Source of the DNA: an uncultured Bacilli bacterium
Lineage (GTDB): Bacteria > Bacillota_I > Bacilli_A > RF39 > UBA660
Direction of reading: 5' to 3'
NCBI GenBank assembly: GCA_944363775.1
Contig: CALVVE010000001.1
Span: 1-53,359, forward strand
DNA length: 53,359 bases
Shown: positions 8,446-18,110 of the stretch, piece after piece
How the letters are laid out: every line of letters starts with the position of its first letter
Position numbering within the stretch: position 1 is the first letter of the stretch
Program-made: the position numbers and the translations under genes
Notes under the pieces: model-generated
Seen by the model: only the letters and a program-made list of their open reading frames with translations
Database searches by the model: none
What the model was told of the DNA's origin: nothing

Positions 8446-9704
8446 TAATTTCTTACCTTTCTTAATAATTTATATACTCTTAACATAAAATTATATGTTT
8501 TATATGCTTTTTTATCAACAACACAATTAAATTCTCCTATAAGTTCAACCGGAATAGCATTAAAACCTCTTTTAAAATCAAACAATCCATACATTGGATC
8601 ATCTTGATGAAATGCTGGTTCAATACCATAAAAATTAAAATTTTGATAATGATTTTCTAAAGAATATTTAATCATTTCCCATTGTAATAAATATTGTGAA
8701 TTATACTTCATAAATGGTTTTAAACTTGCTCCAAATAAATATATTACTTGTTTACCAAATAACATATATAACCCTCCAGCAATTATAACTTTACTACCAT
8801 ATTCTTTTTTTTGTTCCTTAATTACTTCAAGTTGTTTTTTAGCACTTTCTAATTGTGATGTCAATTCTTTAATAGTTCCCTCTTTTTTTCTTTTTAAATT
8901 TTCTTCATGTTCTAGTTTACTTGTTAAATTATCAATCTTTTCTTTATACATTTCAATTTGTTCATTACAATCTAGTTCAACTAATAAAACTTTTATATTT
9001 CCCGACTTTTTAAATTCATTATACATATTTTGATAATAACTAAGTGGTCTATCAATAAATCCTCTTCGTTCTGATGTATGTTTCATTAACTCTTTAAACT
9101 TAACTAAATCTTTTTCACTTGCTTCAATTACTCGAAGTTTATTACGATATGAATTTTTAATACTCCAACGTGTTGTTGCACGCATATCTTTTAATAAATC
9201 TTCTTCATTTTTATTTTCTAAATTAAGAACTGATATAAATCTAGGTTCCATATTTGGAACATCTTCACCAAAACCAATATGTTCATAACCTAATGAACAT
9301 AAATATTCAACTAATTCTTTATTAGTTCTTAAATTATCAACAATATCACCATTTACATCTCTTTCTCTAAATGGAATAAATGGATTTATCTTTATAAATA
9401 TGCCTTTTTCTTTTTTTACATATTTCTTTACTTCTTCACAAAATGTTTTTATCATATCCCTATTTTCATAGTCTAATAAAAACCCTCTTGGAGCATAAAA
9501 AATATTTTTATTAATAAAATTTATTTTTTTTGATAATAAAAGTGATGCTGCTACAATATTATCATTTTCTTTAATACCAACTAAATGCATTTTCCAACCA
9601 TTATGTTCTTTTAATTTTCCCCAATAAGAGCTTTGAAAAAAACTACTTAAAGAATGTTCTTTAGCAAATGCATCGAATTCTTTAACATCTAATCTTTCTA
9701 ACAT
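8445..9704 (-). CDS. FemAB-family peptidoglycan interpeptide-bridge aminoacyltransferase
   Basis: FemX/FemA-like N- and C-terminal lobes (FFQSSYWG, YAPRGF, GLFDFKRGF) with a central coiled-coil insert. The likely start is ATG 9704 (MLERLDV) behind GGGTGA; the listed ORF starts at 9731. Confidence 0.85.
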   Translation of the reverse strand: MLERLDVKEFDAFAKEHSLSSFFQSSYWGKLKEHNGWKMHLVGIKENDNIVAASLLLSKKINFINKNIFYAPRGFLLDYENRDMIKTFCEEVKKYVKKEKGIFIKINPFIPFRERDVNGDIVDNLRTNKELVEYLCSLGYEHIGFGEDVPNMEPRFISVLNLENKNEEDLLKDMRATTRWSIKNSYRNKLRVIEASEKDLVKFKELMKHTSERRGFIDRPLSYYQNMYNEFKKSGNIKVLLVELDCNEQIEMYKEKIDNLTSKLEHEENLKRKKEGTIKELTSQLESAKKQLEVIKEQKKEYGSKVIIAGGLYMLFGKQVIYLFGASLKPFMKYNSQYLLQWEMIKYSLENHYQNFNFYGIEPAFHQDDPMYGLFDFKRGFNAIPVELIGEFNCVVDKKAYKTYNFMLRVYKLLRKVRN

Positions 9705-9822
9705 AATCATCACCCATTCTCTAATCTCCATAATTATACTACATATTTAAATATTTGTCACTAAACATTGACTAAACAGTAAATAAAGGTTATACTTTTA
9801 ATAGCTTAGAAAAGAGGATAAT

Positions 9823-11094
9823 ATGAAATTTATTGAAAATGTAGAAAAAGATAAATTTGAAAATTTTGTTTTTAATCATCCAACTAAATCACATTTTATG
9901 CAGTCATATTATTGGGGTGAAGTAAGTAAGGCTAAAGGTTTTATTCCTCATTATGTTGGACTAGAAGAAAATGGTAAGTTAATTGCTACAGCTTTAATAT
10001 TAGAAAAAAAATTAATTGGGAAATATTCATATTTTTATATACCTAGAGGATTTGTAACAGATTTTAAAAGTCGGGAAATAGTTGAAAAATTTACTAAATT
10101 ATTAAAAGAATATGGTAAAAAGAACCATGCTATATTTATTACAATTGATCCTGATATTAAACTACAAGATTTAGATAACGATGGTAATGTTATTAATAAA
10201 GAAGTAAATAATTATGAATTAGTTAATTTTCTAAAACATTGTGGTTGGACACATTTAGGGTTTAATAAAAATTTTGAACATCGAGAACCAAGATATTCAT
10301 TTTGCCTTGATTTAGATAAAGAATCTTTTGATGATGTATATAAAGGTATGCATCCTACTACTAGAAAAATTCTTAATAAAGGAAATCAATATAATTTAGA
10401 TGTTTTTATTGGAAATGAAAATAATATAGATGACTTTTATTTAACAATGGAAGAAACAGCTATAAGAGAAAAATTAACTTGTTTTCCAAAAAGTTATTAT
10501 TTAAATTTTTATAAAGTTTTAAATAAACATAATATGAGTGATTTATATGTTGTTAAAGTTAATATTAATAATTTAAAAGAAACTTATAGTAATAAAATTA
10601 AAAATTTAGAAAATGAACTTAATTCTTTAGATGAAAGTAAATATAAAAACAAACAAAAACTAGAAAATAAAAAAAAAGATCTTAATAATAATCTAGAAAA
10701 AGTAAAAAAAGAATTTGAAAATATTAAAAATATTAATGAAGATGAACTTGTCTTATCATCTATTATGACAGTAAAATATAATAAAAAAGTTTGGACTATT
10801 CACGGTGGAAATCATCGTTTACTTAGAGAATTAAATGCAAATTATTTATTATATTATACTATTATTAAAGATGCATATGATAATGGTTATAAAAAAATTG
10901 ATTTCTTTGGAACTATTGGTGATCCAAATCCTAAAGATAATGGATATGGAATTCATTTATTTAAAAAGAGACTTGGTGGGGAATATTTAGAATTTATTGG
11001 GGAGTTTGATTATATTTTAAATAAACCACTATATTTCTTATATAATAAAGTTTATCCAAAAATTAGAAGAATTAAAAGAAAAATAATGGGTTAA
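9823..11094 (+). CDS. FemAB-family peptidoglycan interpeptide-bridge aminoacyltransferase (paralogue)
   Basis: 423 aa. FMQSYYWG, YIPRGF and GIHLFKKRLGG, with a coiled-coil insert. RBS AAGAGGA. Divergent from the other Fem gene. Confidence 0.85.
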   Translation: MKFIENVEKDKFENFVFNHPTKSHFMQSYYWGEVSKAKGFIPHYVGLEENGKLIATALILEKKLIGKYSYFYIPRGFVTDFKSREIVEKFTKLLKEYGKKNHAIFITIDPDIKLQDLDNDGNVINKEVNNYELVNFLKHCGWTHLGFNKNFEHREPRYSFCLDLDKESFDDVYKGMHPTTRKILNKGNQYNLDVFIGNENNIDDFYLTMEETAIREKLTCFPKSYYLNFYKVLNKHNMSDLYVVKVNINNLKETYSNKIKNLENELNSLDESKYKNKQKLENKKKDLNNNLEKVKKEFENIKNINEDELVLSSIMTVKYNKKVWTIHGGNHRLLRELNANYLLYYTIIKDAYDNGYKKIDFFGTIGDPNPKDNGYGIHLFKKRLGGEYLEFIGEFDYILNKPLYFLYNKVYPKIRRIKRKIMG

Positions 11095-11354
11095 TTTTTC
11101 CCATTATTTTTTTGAATATTTTTTTTCATTTTTTCATAAAATCTTTTCATAATCTCATTTAATTCTTCTTTATCTTCTACTACTTTTAAAGAAATTTGAT
11201 TATTAATTAAATCTTCTCTATAAAATTTTAAATTCATTGGATTATCTTTTTCAATAATATAAATATAATTACTATTGTTATATTCTAGTGTCTCTAAAAT
11301 ATAATATAACTTATCATCTGTTAATTTTATAATACTATTTTTTTCTAAATTCAT
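11091..11354 (-). CDS. Hypothetical small acidic protein (87 aa), possibly DUF1292-like
   Basis: The ORF overlaps the upstream 97-aa ORF by 20 nt, which suggests an operon. The family assignment rests only on a loose pattern. Confidence 0.45.
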   Translation of the reverse strand: MNLEKNSIIKLTDDKLYYILETLEYNNSNYIYIIEKDNPMNLKFYREDLINNQISLKVVEDKEELNEIMKRFYEKMKKNIQKNNGKN

Positions 11355-11628
11355 TTAAACCACCTTTTATATTCTTAATAAGTATTTTTTTTATATTACT
11401 ATTTCTTACTTCATCAGCTGCTAAAAAAGATGCTGAACTAACTCCAATAGACATTATTGGATAAATAATTGATGAATCTAAATTATTTTGATTTGTTGCA
11501 ACACTTATCCCAGTAAGAACTACTCCTATTCCTAAAGACATAAATCCAATTTTCTCATACTCTTTATACGTTAATGTTTCTTTTTCATCTATTACTTTTT
11601 GTAAATGAACTACATATTTATTTTTCAT
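11335..11628 (-). CDS. Hypothetical small membrane protein (97 aa)
   Basis: Two hydrophobic segments (GFMSLGIGVVLTGISV and IIYPIMSIGVSSASFLA). No recognised family. Confidence 0.45.
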   Translation of the reverse strand: MKNKYVVHLQKVIDEKETLTYKEYEKIGFMSLGIGVVLTGISVATNQNNLDSSIIYPIMSIGVSSASFLAADEVRNSNIKKILIKNIKGGLNEFRKK

Positions 11629-11754
11629 ACTTATCCCTTTCTAACGAATACTAATATAATATATCAATTAAAATTAAATGTCAATTAATATTTATGATTA
11701 TCTTTTGAAAATATTACTTTTTGTATTAAAAGAAAATAACAAATTAATTATTTG

Positions 11755-11964
11755 TTATTTTTCTTCTAAACCATATTTTTTATTAAATTTGTCAACTGCT
11801 CCAGTCTTTCTAGCAAGTCCTTGTTTTCCAGTATATGCTGGATGACATTGATTACAAGATTCAACATGAAGAGTTTCTTTGTTTGACATTACAGTAAATG
11901 TATTTCCACAAGCACAAGTAACTTTTGTTTCTTGATACTCTGGATGAATTCCTTTTTTTGCCAT
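11755..11964 (-). CDS. rpmE: 50S ribosomal protein L31, Zn-ribbon (type A) form
   Basis: MAKKGIHPEY... with CxC and CxxC pairs (CACGN, CNQCHP). The start is set at ATG 11964 behind GGAAGGAGAG; the listed ORF starts 10 codons upstream. Confidence 0.93.
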   Translation of the reverse strand: MAKKGIHPEYQETKVTCACGNTFTVMSNKETLHVESCNQCHPAYTGKQGLARKTGAVDKFNKKYGLEEK

Positions 11965-12024
11965 ATATTCTTCTCTCCTTCCGCCATAACGCATTAAACG
12001 TCATAGAAATTTAATTGCGTGTAT

Positions 12025-12053
12025 ATTATAGCAACTTTTTTTATTAATTGCAA
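12025..12053 (-). promoter_or_regulatory. Sigma-A promoter for rpmE
   Basis: Minus strand TTGCAA (12053-12048), a 17-nt spacer, then TATAAT (12030-12025). Confidence 0.5.
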
Positions 12054-12054
12054 G

Positions 12055-12696
12055 CTATTTTCTTCTACTACCAAAAATTTGTAATAATCTTAGGAATAAA
12101 TTAATGAAATCTAGATATAATTCTAAAGCTCCAATTATAGCAATTTTATTCTCATCTTCACCAGAATTTAATAAATATTTAATCTTTTGAATATCATAAG
12201 CAATAAAACCAATGAAAATAAAAGTTCCAATAATTAATAAAATTGTATCAACCACTGAATTAAGTAAGAAAATATTTATTATTGAAACAACTATTACTCC
12301 TAATAAACCAATTAATAAAATATTACCTAATTTCGTTAAATCAATTTTTGTAAAATATCCAATTAAAGCAAATATTATAAATATTACTGCGGTTAAAGCA
12401 AATATATATATTATTGACATTGCTTCAAATAATACAAAAATACATGAGAAAGTTAACCCAGATAATACTGCATAACCTAAAAATGATATTATCGCTGTTG
12501 TAAAACTCATTTTGTGAATTCTTGCTGATAAAAATATTACCAATATAATTTCTGCAATAAATATTAAGTAATATGCACTAGTTGAAAAAATATTATAAAG
12601 CATATTAGGATTATTACTTACATAAAATCCTGTAAAAAAAGTTGTTAGTATACCAACACACATCCATAAAAATACTTTAGATAAAGCTTTACCCAT
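12055..12696 (-). CDS. Bax inhibitor-1/YccA family membrane protein
   Basis: 213 aa, about seven TM segments, C-terminal ...LELYLDFINLFLRLLQIFG... typical of the BI-1 family. RBS GAGGTGA. Confidence 0.8.
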   Translation of the reverse strand: MGKALSKVFLWMCVGILTTFFTGFYVSNNPNMLYNIFSTSAYYLIFIAEIILVIFLSARIHKMSFTTAIISFLGYAVLSGLTFSCIFVLFEAMSIIYIFALTAVIFIIFALIGYFTKIDLTKLGNILLIGLLGVIVVSIINIFLLNSVVDTILLIIGTFIFIGFIAYDIQKIKYLLNSGEDENKIAIIGALELYLDFINLFLRLLQIFGSRRK

Positions 12697-12729
12697 TCTA
12701 TCACCTCGACAACATTATATAATATTTAT

Positions 12730-13443
12730 TTAATTTAATAAAGTATTATTTATTTTTTCTTGAAATTGTCTATATAATAAATTATTACCACTAGTGGATA
12801 AAAATGGTGTATTAGATATAAATAAAGAAGAATTCTTAGAATAATTAGATATATCAATATATTTTATATTATACTGCTTTACAATTTCCATTAATGACTT
12901 ATTAGCATATTCTATCATTTTTATATTATTTTCATTTATTAAATTTACAGGAACATAATAATTTGTAATAATTATATCTTCTTTACAATAAGTCCTTATT
13001 ATACTTAATAATTTATCTAAATCTAACATTACTTCATCAACATAGTTATATAAATCATTTAAATTATTATTTTCGTCAATACTCATTTTATATATAAAAT
13101 CATTCATACCAATACTTAAAGTAAGTAAATCAGCTTTTATTAAGGCATTTTTTATAGTTTTTTCCTTATTATTAATTGAGACTTTTTCATTTTCTTCAAT
13201 CATATAATATAAGTCAGTAGTTCGTAAATTTTCTTTAGAAAAATTGTTTACATATACTTCAAATTTATTTTTATCTTCCAAATATATTACTATTTGTTCA
13301 TTCCATTCAAAGTCATTATCAATTCCTGTAGTTACATAATCACCAATTGACAAATAATATACTTTTTTATCTAAAGTTGTTAAATATATAAAAAATACAA
13401 CTAAAATAATTAATACTAAAACTAATATTTTTTTTATTTTCAT
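12730..13443 (-). CDS. SGNH/GDSL-hydrolase-like protein with an N-terminal membrane anchor; catalytic residues apparently degenerate
   Basis: Block I reads SIGDYVT (Tyr where the Ser nucleophile is expected). Block III GMND is present. No clear DxxH near the C-terminus. Start ATG 13443 is behind GGGGG. Confidence 0.55.
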   Translation of the reverse strand: MKIKKILVLVLIILVVFFIYLTTLDKKVYYLSIGDYVTTGIDNDFEWNEQIVIYLEDKNKFEVYVNNFSKENLRTTDLYYMIEENEKVSINNKEKTIKNALIKADLLTLSIGMNDFIYKMSIDENNNLNDLYNYVDEVMLDLDKLLSIIRTYCKEDIIITNYYVPVNLINENNIKMIEYANKSLMEIVKQYNIKYIDISNYSKNSSLFISNTPFLSTSGNNLLYRQFQEKINNTLLN

Positions 13444-13456
13444 AAAAACCCCCATT

Positions 13457-13479
13457 AAAAAAAAGTAGTAACCCTACTT
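13457..13479 (-). terminator. Intrinsic terminator after murA
   Basis: Minus strand AAGTAG-GGTTA-CTACTT followed by a run of 8 T. Confidence 0.55.
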
Positions 13480-14735
13480 TATTTTATTTCTTCTAATCTA
13501 ATTTTAGCACCAACATTTGTAAGTTTTTCAATTATATTTTCATAACCTCTTAAAACATGTTCAACATCACTTATTTCAGTTATTCCTTCAGCCACTAAAC
13601 CAGCTAAAATCAAACAAGCACCAGCTCTTAAATCAGTTGCGACTACTTGTTTACCAGTTAATTCATTTGGACCATCAATAGAAATTTTTCGTCCTTCTAT
13701 TTTTATATTTGTACCCATTTTATTTAAATATTCAACATTACAAAATCTATTTTCATATATTGTTTCTAAAATGGTACTAACACCATTACAATAATTTAAA
13801 AGAGTCGTAATAGGTTGTTGTAAATCAGTTGGAAATCCTGGATATACTCTTGTTTGAATATTTATTGGTTTTAAATTTCTTGACTTATTTACAATAATAG
13901 AGCCATTTTCCAACTTCATTTTAACACCCATAGATTTTAACTTTTGTAGTAATGACATTATATGTTCAGGAATTATATTTTCAATTACTAAGTTATCACC
14001 AAGTAAAGCTCCTGCAATAATATAAGTTCCTGCTTCAATACGATCAGGTATTACTTCTGTATAAGCTTTGTGTAAATAATCTACACCTTCAACAATTATA
14101 GTTGTAGTTCCAGCACCTGTTATTTTAGCTCCCATATTATTTAAGAAAGTTGCTACATTAACTATTTCTGGTTCACAAGCTGCATTTTCAATAGTCGTAA
14201 AACCTTTAGCTTTAACAGCAGCTAACATAATATTTATTGTTGCACCAACACTTGGAAAATCTAAATAAATATTACTTCCTTTTAAATCTTCAGCAATTAA
14301 AGTATATTTATTTCCCTCTTCATATACTTTAGCACCTAATGCTTCAAAACCTTTTAAATGAAGGTCAATAGGTCTAGCTCCAATTGGACATCCTCCCGGA
14401 AAAAACATCGTTACTTCTTTATATCTTCCAAGTAAAGCACCCATAAAATAATAAGAAGCCCTAAGTTTTTTTGATATTTTTTCTGGAATTTCTAAATTAT
14501 TTATATTTCTCGAATTAATTTTTATTGTTGTTTTATCTCTTTTTACATCAGCATTTAAATATTCTAGCATTTCTTCTAAGGCATCAATGTCAGAAATATT
14601 AGGAATAGAATCAATAATTACTTCTTCATCACACAACAATGAAGCTGGAACAAGTGCAACTGCACTATTTTTTGCTCCACTAATCCTTATTTTTCCATGT
14701 AATAAATGATTTCCCTCGATAATAATTTTTTTCAT
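13479..14735 (-). CDS. murA: UDP-N-acetylglucosamine 1-carboxyvinyltransferase
   Basis: ISGAKNSAV, the GGCPIGARPIDLHL active-site Cys loop, and full-length MurA similarity. Start ATG 14735 is behind GGAGG. Confidence 0.95.
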   Translation of the reverse strand: MKKIIIEGNHLLHGKIRISGAKNSAVALVPASLLCDEEVIIDSIPNISDIDALEEMLEYLNADVKRDKTTIKINSRNINNLEIPEKISKKLRASYYFMGALLGRYKEVTMFFPGGCPIGARPIDLHLKGFEALGAKVYEEGNKYTLIAEDLKGSNIYLDFPSVGATINIMLAAVKAKGFTTIENAACEPEIVNVATFLNNMGAKITGAGTTTIIVEGVDYLHKAYTEVIPDRIEAGTYIIAGALLGDNLVIENIIPEHIMSLLQKLKSMGVKMKLENGSIIVNKSRNLKPINIQTRVYPGFPTDLQQPITTLLNYCNGVSTILETIYENRFCNVEYLNKMGTNIKIEGRKISIDGPNELTGKQVVATDLRAGACLILAGLVAEGITEISDVEHVLRGYENIIEKLTNVGAKIRLEEIK

Positions 14736-14765
14736 GATAACCTCCATATCAATAAAATATTTTAT

Positions 14766-15617
14766 TTATACCTTATCAACACACCCTAATAATTCTAATT
14801 TTTTACATATAGCTTCTTTCATTGCCATTTCTCCCGCTTTTATTACTTTTCTTGGATCATATACACCTTGATTATTAGTAACGAAATCTCTAACAGCATT
14901 AGACCAAGCAATTTGTAATTCAGTATTTATATTTAATTTAGAAATACCACAAGTAATAGCTTTTCTAATTAAATCGTCACCAATACCAGTACCACCATGT
15001 AATACTAAAGGAATATTTAAAATTTCATTTATTTTTTGCATTCTATCAAAATCTAATTTTGGTTCTCCTTTATATAAACCATGAACACTTCCTAAAGCAG
15101 GAGCTAAAAAATCTATACCTGTTTCTTTAGTAAGAGTAACAGCATCTTCTACTTTAGCATATGCAAGTTCATCAGCAACGCCATCTTCTTCTCCACCAAC
15201 ATGACCAATTTCTGCTTCAACACTTACATTTTTTGGATGAGCATATGCAACAACTGATTTTGTAATTGCAATATTTTCTTCAAGTGAATGACTTGACGCA
15301 TCAATCATAACTGATGTAAAACCAGCATCTACAGCTCTTTTGCAAGATTCAAAACTGCTTCCATGATCAAGATGTAGAACAACTGGAATAGTAATATTTA
15401 AATCTTTAATTAAACTTTTTACAATTGAGACAACTACATCTTCTCCCCCAATGTACTTAATAGCCCCTTCACTTACACCTAATATAACAGGACTATTTTG
15501 TTTTTGACATTCTTCTAAAATAAATCTTGTCCATTCCAAATTATTAATATTGAAATGAGCAATAGCATATTTTTCGTTATGCGCCTTATTTAGCATTTCT
15601 TTTGCATTAACTAACAT
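14766..15617 (-). CDS. fba: Class II fructose-1,6-bisphosphate aldolase
   Basis: YAIAHFNINNLEW, LHLDHG, EAEIGHVGGEEDG and LVLHGGTG motifs. The start is set at ATG 15617 (MLVNAKEML) behind GGTGA. The listed 31-codon N-terminal extension is implausible. Confidence 0.93.
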   Translation of the reverse strand: MLVNAKEMLNKAHNEKYAIAHFNINNLEWTRFILEECQKQNSPVILGVSEGAIKYIGGEDVVVSIVKSLIKDLNITIPVVLHLDHGSSFESCKRAVDAGFTSVMIDASSHSLEENIAITKSVVAYAHPKNVSVEAEIGHVGGEEDGVADELAYAKVEDAVTLTKETGIDFLAPALGSVHGLYKGEPKLDFDRMQKINEILNIPLVLHGGTGIGDDLIRKAITCGISKLNINTELQIAWSNAVRDFVTNNQGVYDPRKVIKAGEMAMKEAICKKLELLGCVDKV

Positions 15618-15706
15618 ATAAATCACCATTATAATTATATCATTTATATATATCATATACAAAAAAAACGTTAAGAAAAGTGTAAAGTAATATAAAATTT
15701 TATATT

Positions 15707-16231
15707 TCAAAGGTAACTTATTCCTAAGATAATTAAAACTACACCACCTAAAATTGGAGCTATTTTACCAAGTAATAGATTTACATAGTTTCCAAGTATT
15801 AAACCTATATATGTAAAAAAGCCACTACAAAGTGCAAAAGTTAAACAAGATAACATATATAAATCAGAGATAGATGATAAACCAATACCTACCATAAAAC
15901 TATCAATACTAACAGCAAATGCAAAAAATAATATATTACCAATATTTACTTCTTTTTCATCATTACCTTTTATACTTTCAATAATCATTTGTATACCTAT
16001 AAAAACTAGTACTATAAAAGTTAAAAAACTAGTATTTATAGAAAATGTTTTAATTATAAAACTTCCTAAAAACAAACCTAAAAGAGGCATAAAAAAGTGA
16101 AATAAAGTAACAGTTATAGTTAAAGAAATAATTTTATTTTTTTCTAATCCAATTGTTCCATATGCAAGTGATAAAGAAAATGCATCCATACTTAAACTAA
16201 CTGCAATTATTAAAACTAATAATAAGTTCAT
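15707..16231 (-). CDS. mntP: Manganese efflux pump MntP (DUF204) family
   Basis: SMDAFS and SIDSF duplicated motifs, six TM segments. Start ATG 16231 is behind GAGGTGA. Confidence 0.82.
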   Translation of the reverse strand: MNLLLVLIIAVSLSMDAFSLSLAYGTIGLEKNKIISLTITVTLFHFFMPLLGLFLGSFIIKTFSINTSFLTFIVLVFIGIQMIIESIKGNDEKEVNIGNILFFAFAVSIDSFMVGIGLSSISDLYMLSCLTFALCSGFFTYIGLILGNYVNLLLGKIAPILGGVVLIILGISYL

Positions 16232-16283
16232 ATAATCACCTCTACAATTAATTGTATGTAATAAAAAAAAGTAGATTACTCTA

Positions 16284-16814
16284 CTATAAATATTTTTCAA
16301 TTAATTCCTGAATAAAAAATTTATATTCAACTTCTTCACTTTCTTCTGCTTCAATTAAACACATTGGTGGAAATAAAACGCACCACCAATTATCTCCCTC
16401 TCCAGAACCAAGTGTTACTAACAGTGAATTATAATATCCCTCTTTATAAGTAACACCCTTGAATTCCTTATTAGGAAAGTAATTTAATCCAAAATTAATT
16501 TCATACCCTAAATTATAATTTTCTTTTACTAACAAATCATTAATACGATTGTCAATTAATGACAAATTAGCTTGAATAATTTTCTCAGCCTCTTCACTAC
16601 CTTTTGTATCTTTTAATAATTCATAAGTAGTTGTTTGTAATACTTCTTTAACCTTAGCTTTTATTTGTTGATCATACTCACTATTACTATTAGGTATAAC
16701 GCGCATTCTTATCGCATTTTCTGGAATAACTAATTCATATGCTTTACCAACTATATTATTAAAACACATATATCCAATTATTATAACTACAATTCCAATC
16801 AAAAGTTTATTCAT
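16284..16814 (-). CDS. spoIIR: Stage II sporulation protein R
   Basis: IRMRVIPNSNSEYDQQIK and the hallmark GDNWWCVLFPPMC motif. N-terminal signal/TM segment. Start ATG 16814 is behind AGGTGA. Confidence 0.88.
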   Translation of the reverse strand: MNKLLIGIVVIIIGYMCFNNIVGKAYELVIPENAIRMRVIPNSNSEYDQQIKAKVKEVLQTTTYELLKDTKGSEEAEKIIQANLSLIDNRINDLLVKENYNLGYEINFGLNYFPNKEFKGVTYKEGYYNSLLVTLGSGEGDNWWCVLFPPMCLIEAEESEEVEYKFFIQELIEKYL

Positions 16815-16865
16815 TTTATCACCTATAATTATAGTGGTGTTAAAAAAATACTTTATTCTTAAAAT

Positions 16866-16892
16866 AAAAAAAAGACACATACAAAATGTGCC
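16866..16892 (-). terminator. Intrinsic terminator after rlmH
   Basis: Minus strand GGCACA-TTTTGTA-TGTGTC (one G:U pair) followed by a run of 8 T, 1 nt after the stop. Confidence 0.55.
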
Positions 16893-16893
16893 A

Positions 16894-17349
16894 TTATTTG
16901 TGATATGTTTCATTATTAATTATTTTAAATGAACGATAAATTTGTTCTAATAAAATTAAACGAAATAATTGATGTGGGAATGTTAATTTTGAAAAAGACA
17001 ATTTATAATTACTCATAGCTTTTATATCTTGATGAATTCCATAAGAACCACCAATAATAAAAGATATATTAGAATTATGAATTAAAACATCATTAATCTT
17101 ATTAGATAATTGAATTGAATCTATTAGATTTCCTTCAATTTCCATCATAATTATATAATCTTTAGGATTAATCTTTTTTAATATTAACTCTTTTTCTTTT
17201 TCTAAAACAATATTTTTATTACTATCGTTAATATCTTCAACTTCAATAATTTCTATTTTAGTATATTTAGATAAACGTTTTAAATATTCATTAATTCCAT
17301 CTCTATAAAACTTTTCTTTTATTTTTCCAACACATATTATTTTTATCAT
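16894..17349 (-). CDS. rlmH: 23S rRNA (pseudouridine1915-N3)-methyltransferase RlmH
   Basis: 151 aa SPOUT fold. FIIGGSYG and LSFSKLTFPHQLFRLILLEQIYRSF. Confidence 0.92.
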   Translation of the reverse strand: MIKIICVGKIKEKFYRDGINEYLKRLSKYTKIEIIEVEDINDSNKNIVLEKEKELILKKINPKDYIIMMEIEGNLIDSIQLSNKINDVLIHNSNISFIIGGSYGIHQDIKAMSNYKLSFSKLTFPHQLFRLILLEQIYRSFKIINNETYHK

Positions 17350-18110
17350 ACTTCAATCAATTCCGTTCTCTCTTTTTGCCTTGCAATAATTAAATTATCT
17401 ATCTTCTTATCATGCTTTTTTAGAGTATTTTCTAAAGTTGTTAGAGCTAACTGTTCCTCATTATTTTCCTCACTTAAATGGATTAGAACAACTCCTTTAG
17501 TATTATCTCCAATAAACTTACTTAAGTAATAAGAGGAATCTTTATTAGAAAGATGTCCTCTATCCCCAATTATTCGTTGCTTTAAATAATATGGATAATT
17601 ACCGTTCATTAAAAGTTCTACATCATGATTACTTTCCATAATATAATAATTTTTATTTGAAAGAATTGGAAAATATTTCTTATTTATATAGCCAGTATCA
17701 GTTATATAAACTAAAGATTTTCCATAAGCTTCAAATACATACCCATTAGAATCATCAGTATCATGACTAGTTTTAAAAACAGTTACTTGTAAATCAGATA
17801 TAACAAAGTCATCAGTAATAATTTGATAATTCTCTATTGTTATTATTTTACTAATTTCGTTATACATTTTATCTGTTAAATATATAATTGGATTATATTT
17901 TTTTATAAAAACTTTAAGTCCATTTATATGATCAACATGGGTATGGGTAATAACTATTGCATTAATAGATGACGGTTCTATATTTAATGATTTTAATTTT
18001 TTTTCAGCATTTCCAGAAGTAATTCCTAAATCTACTAATATTCTTGTATTATTAGTTTCAATAAAACTAGAATTACCTTTACTGCCACTTGCTAAAACTG
18101 AAAAGTGCAT
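17346..18110 (-). CDS. MBL-fold metallo-hydrolase, YycJ/WalJ-like
   Basis: HTHVDH motif. 254 aa with YycJ-like length and order. Overlaps rlmH by 4 nt. Confidence 0.85.
   Translation of the reverse strand: MHFSVLASGSKGNSSFIETNNTRILVDLGITSGNAEKKLKSLNIEPSSINAIVITHTHVDHINGLKVFIKKYNPIIYLTDKMYNEISKIITIENYQIITDDFVISDLQVTVFKTSHDTDDSNGYVFEAYGKSLVYITDTGYINKKYFPILSNKNYYIMESNHDVELLMNGNYPYYLKQRIIGDRGHLSNKDSSYYLSKFIGDNTKGVVLIHLSEENNEEQLALTTLENTLKKHDKKIDNLIIARQKERTELIEV

Noticed and set aside
11965-12024. An imperfect 10-bp stem-loop (ACGCAATTAAA ... TTTAATGCGT) in the rpmE leader, considered as a possible L31 autoregulatory structure.
   Set aside because: The predicted transcription start from the TTGCAA/TATAAT promoter falls at the very edge of, or inside, the 5' arm. 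The stem is A:U-rich and bulged, so the evidence is insufficient.
16232-16283. A possible yybP-ykoY Mn riboswitch upstream of mntP.
   Set aside because: Only 52 nt separate mntP from the spoIIR stop codon. That is too short for the riboswitch, and no conserved motif is visible.
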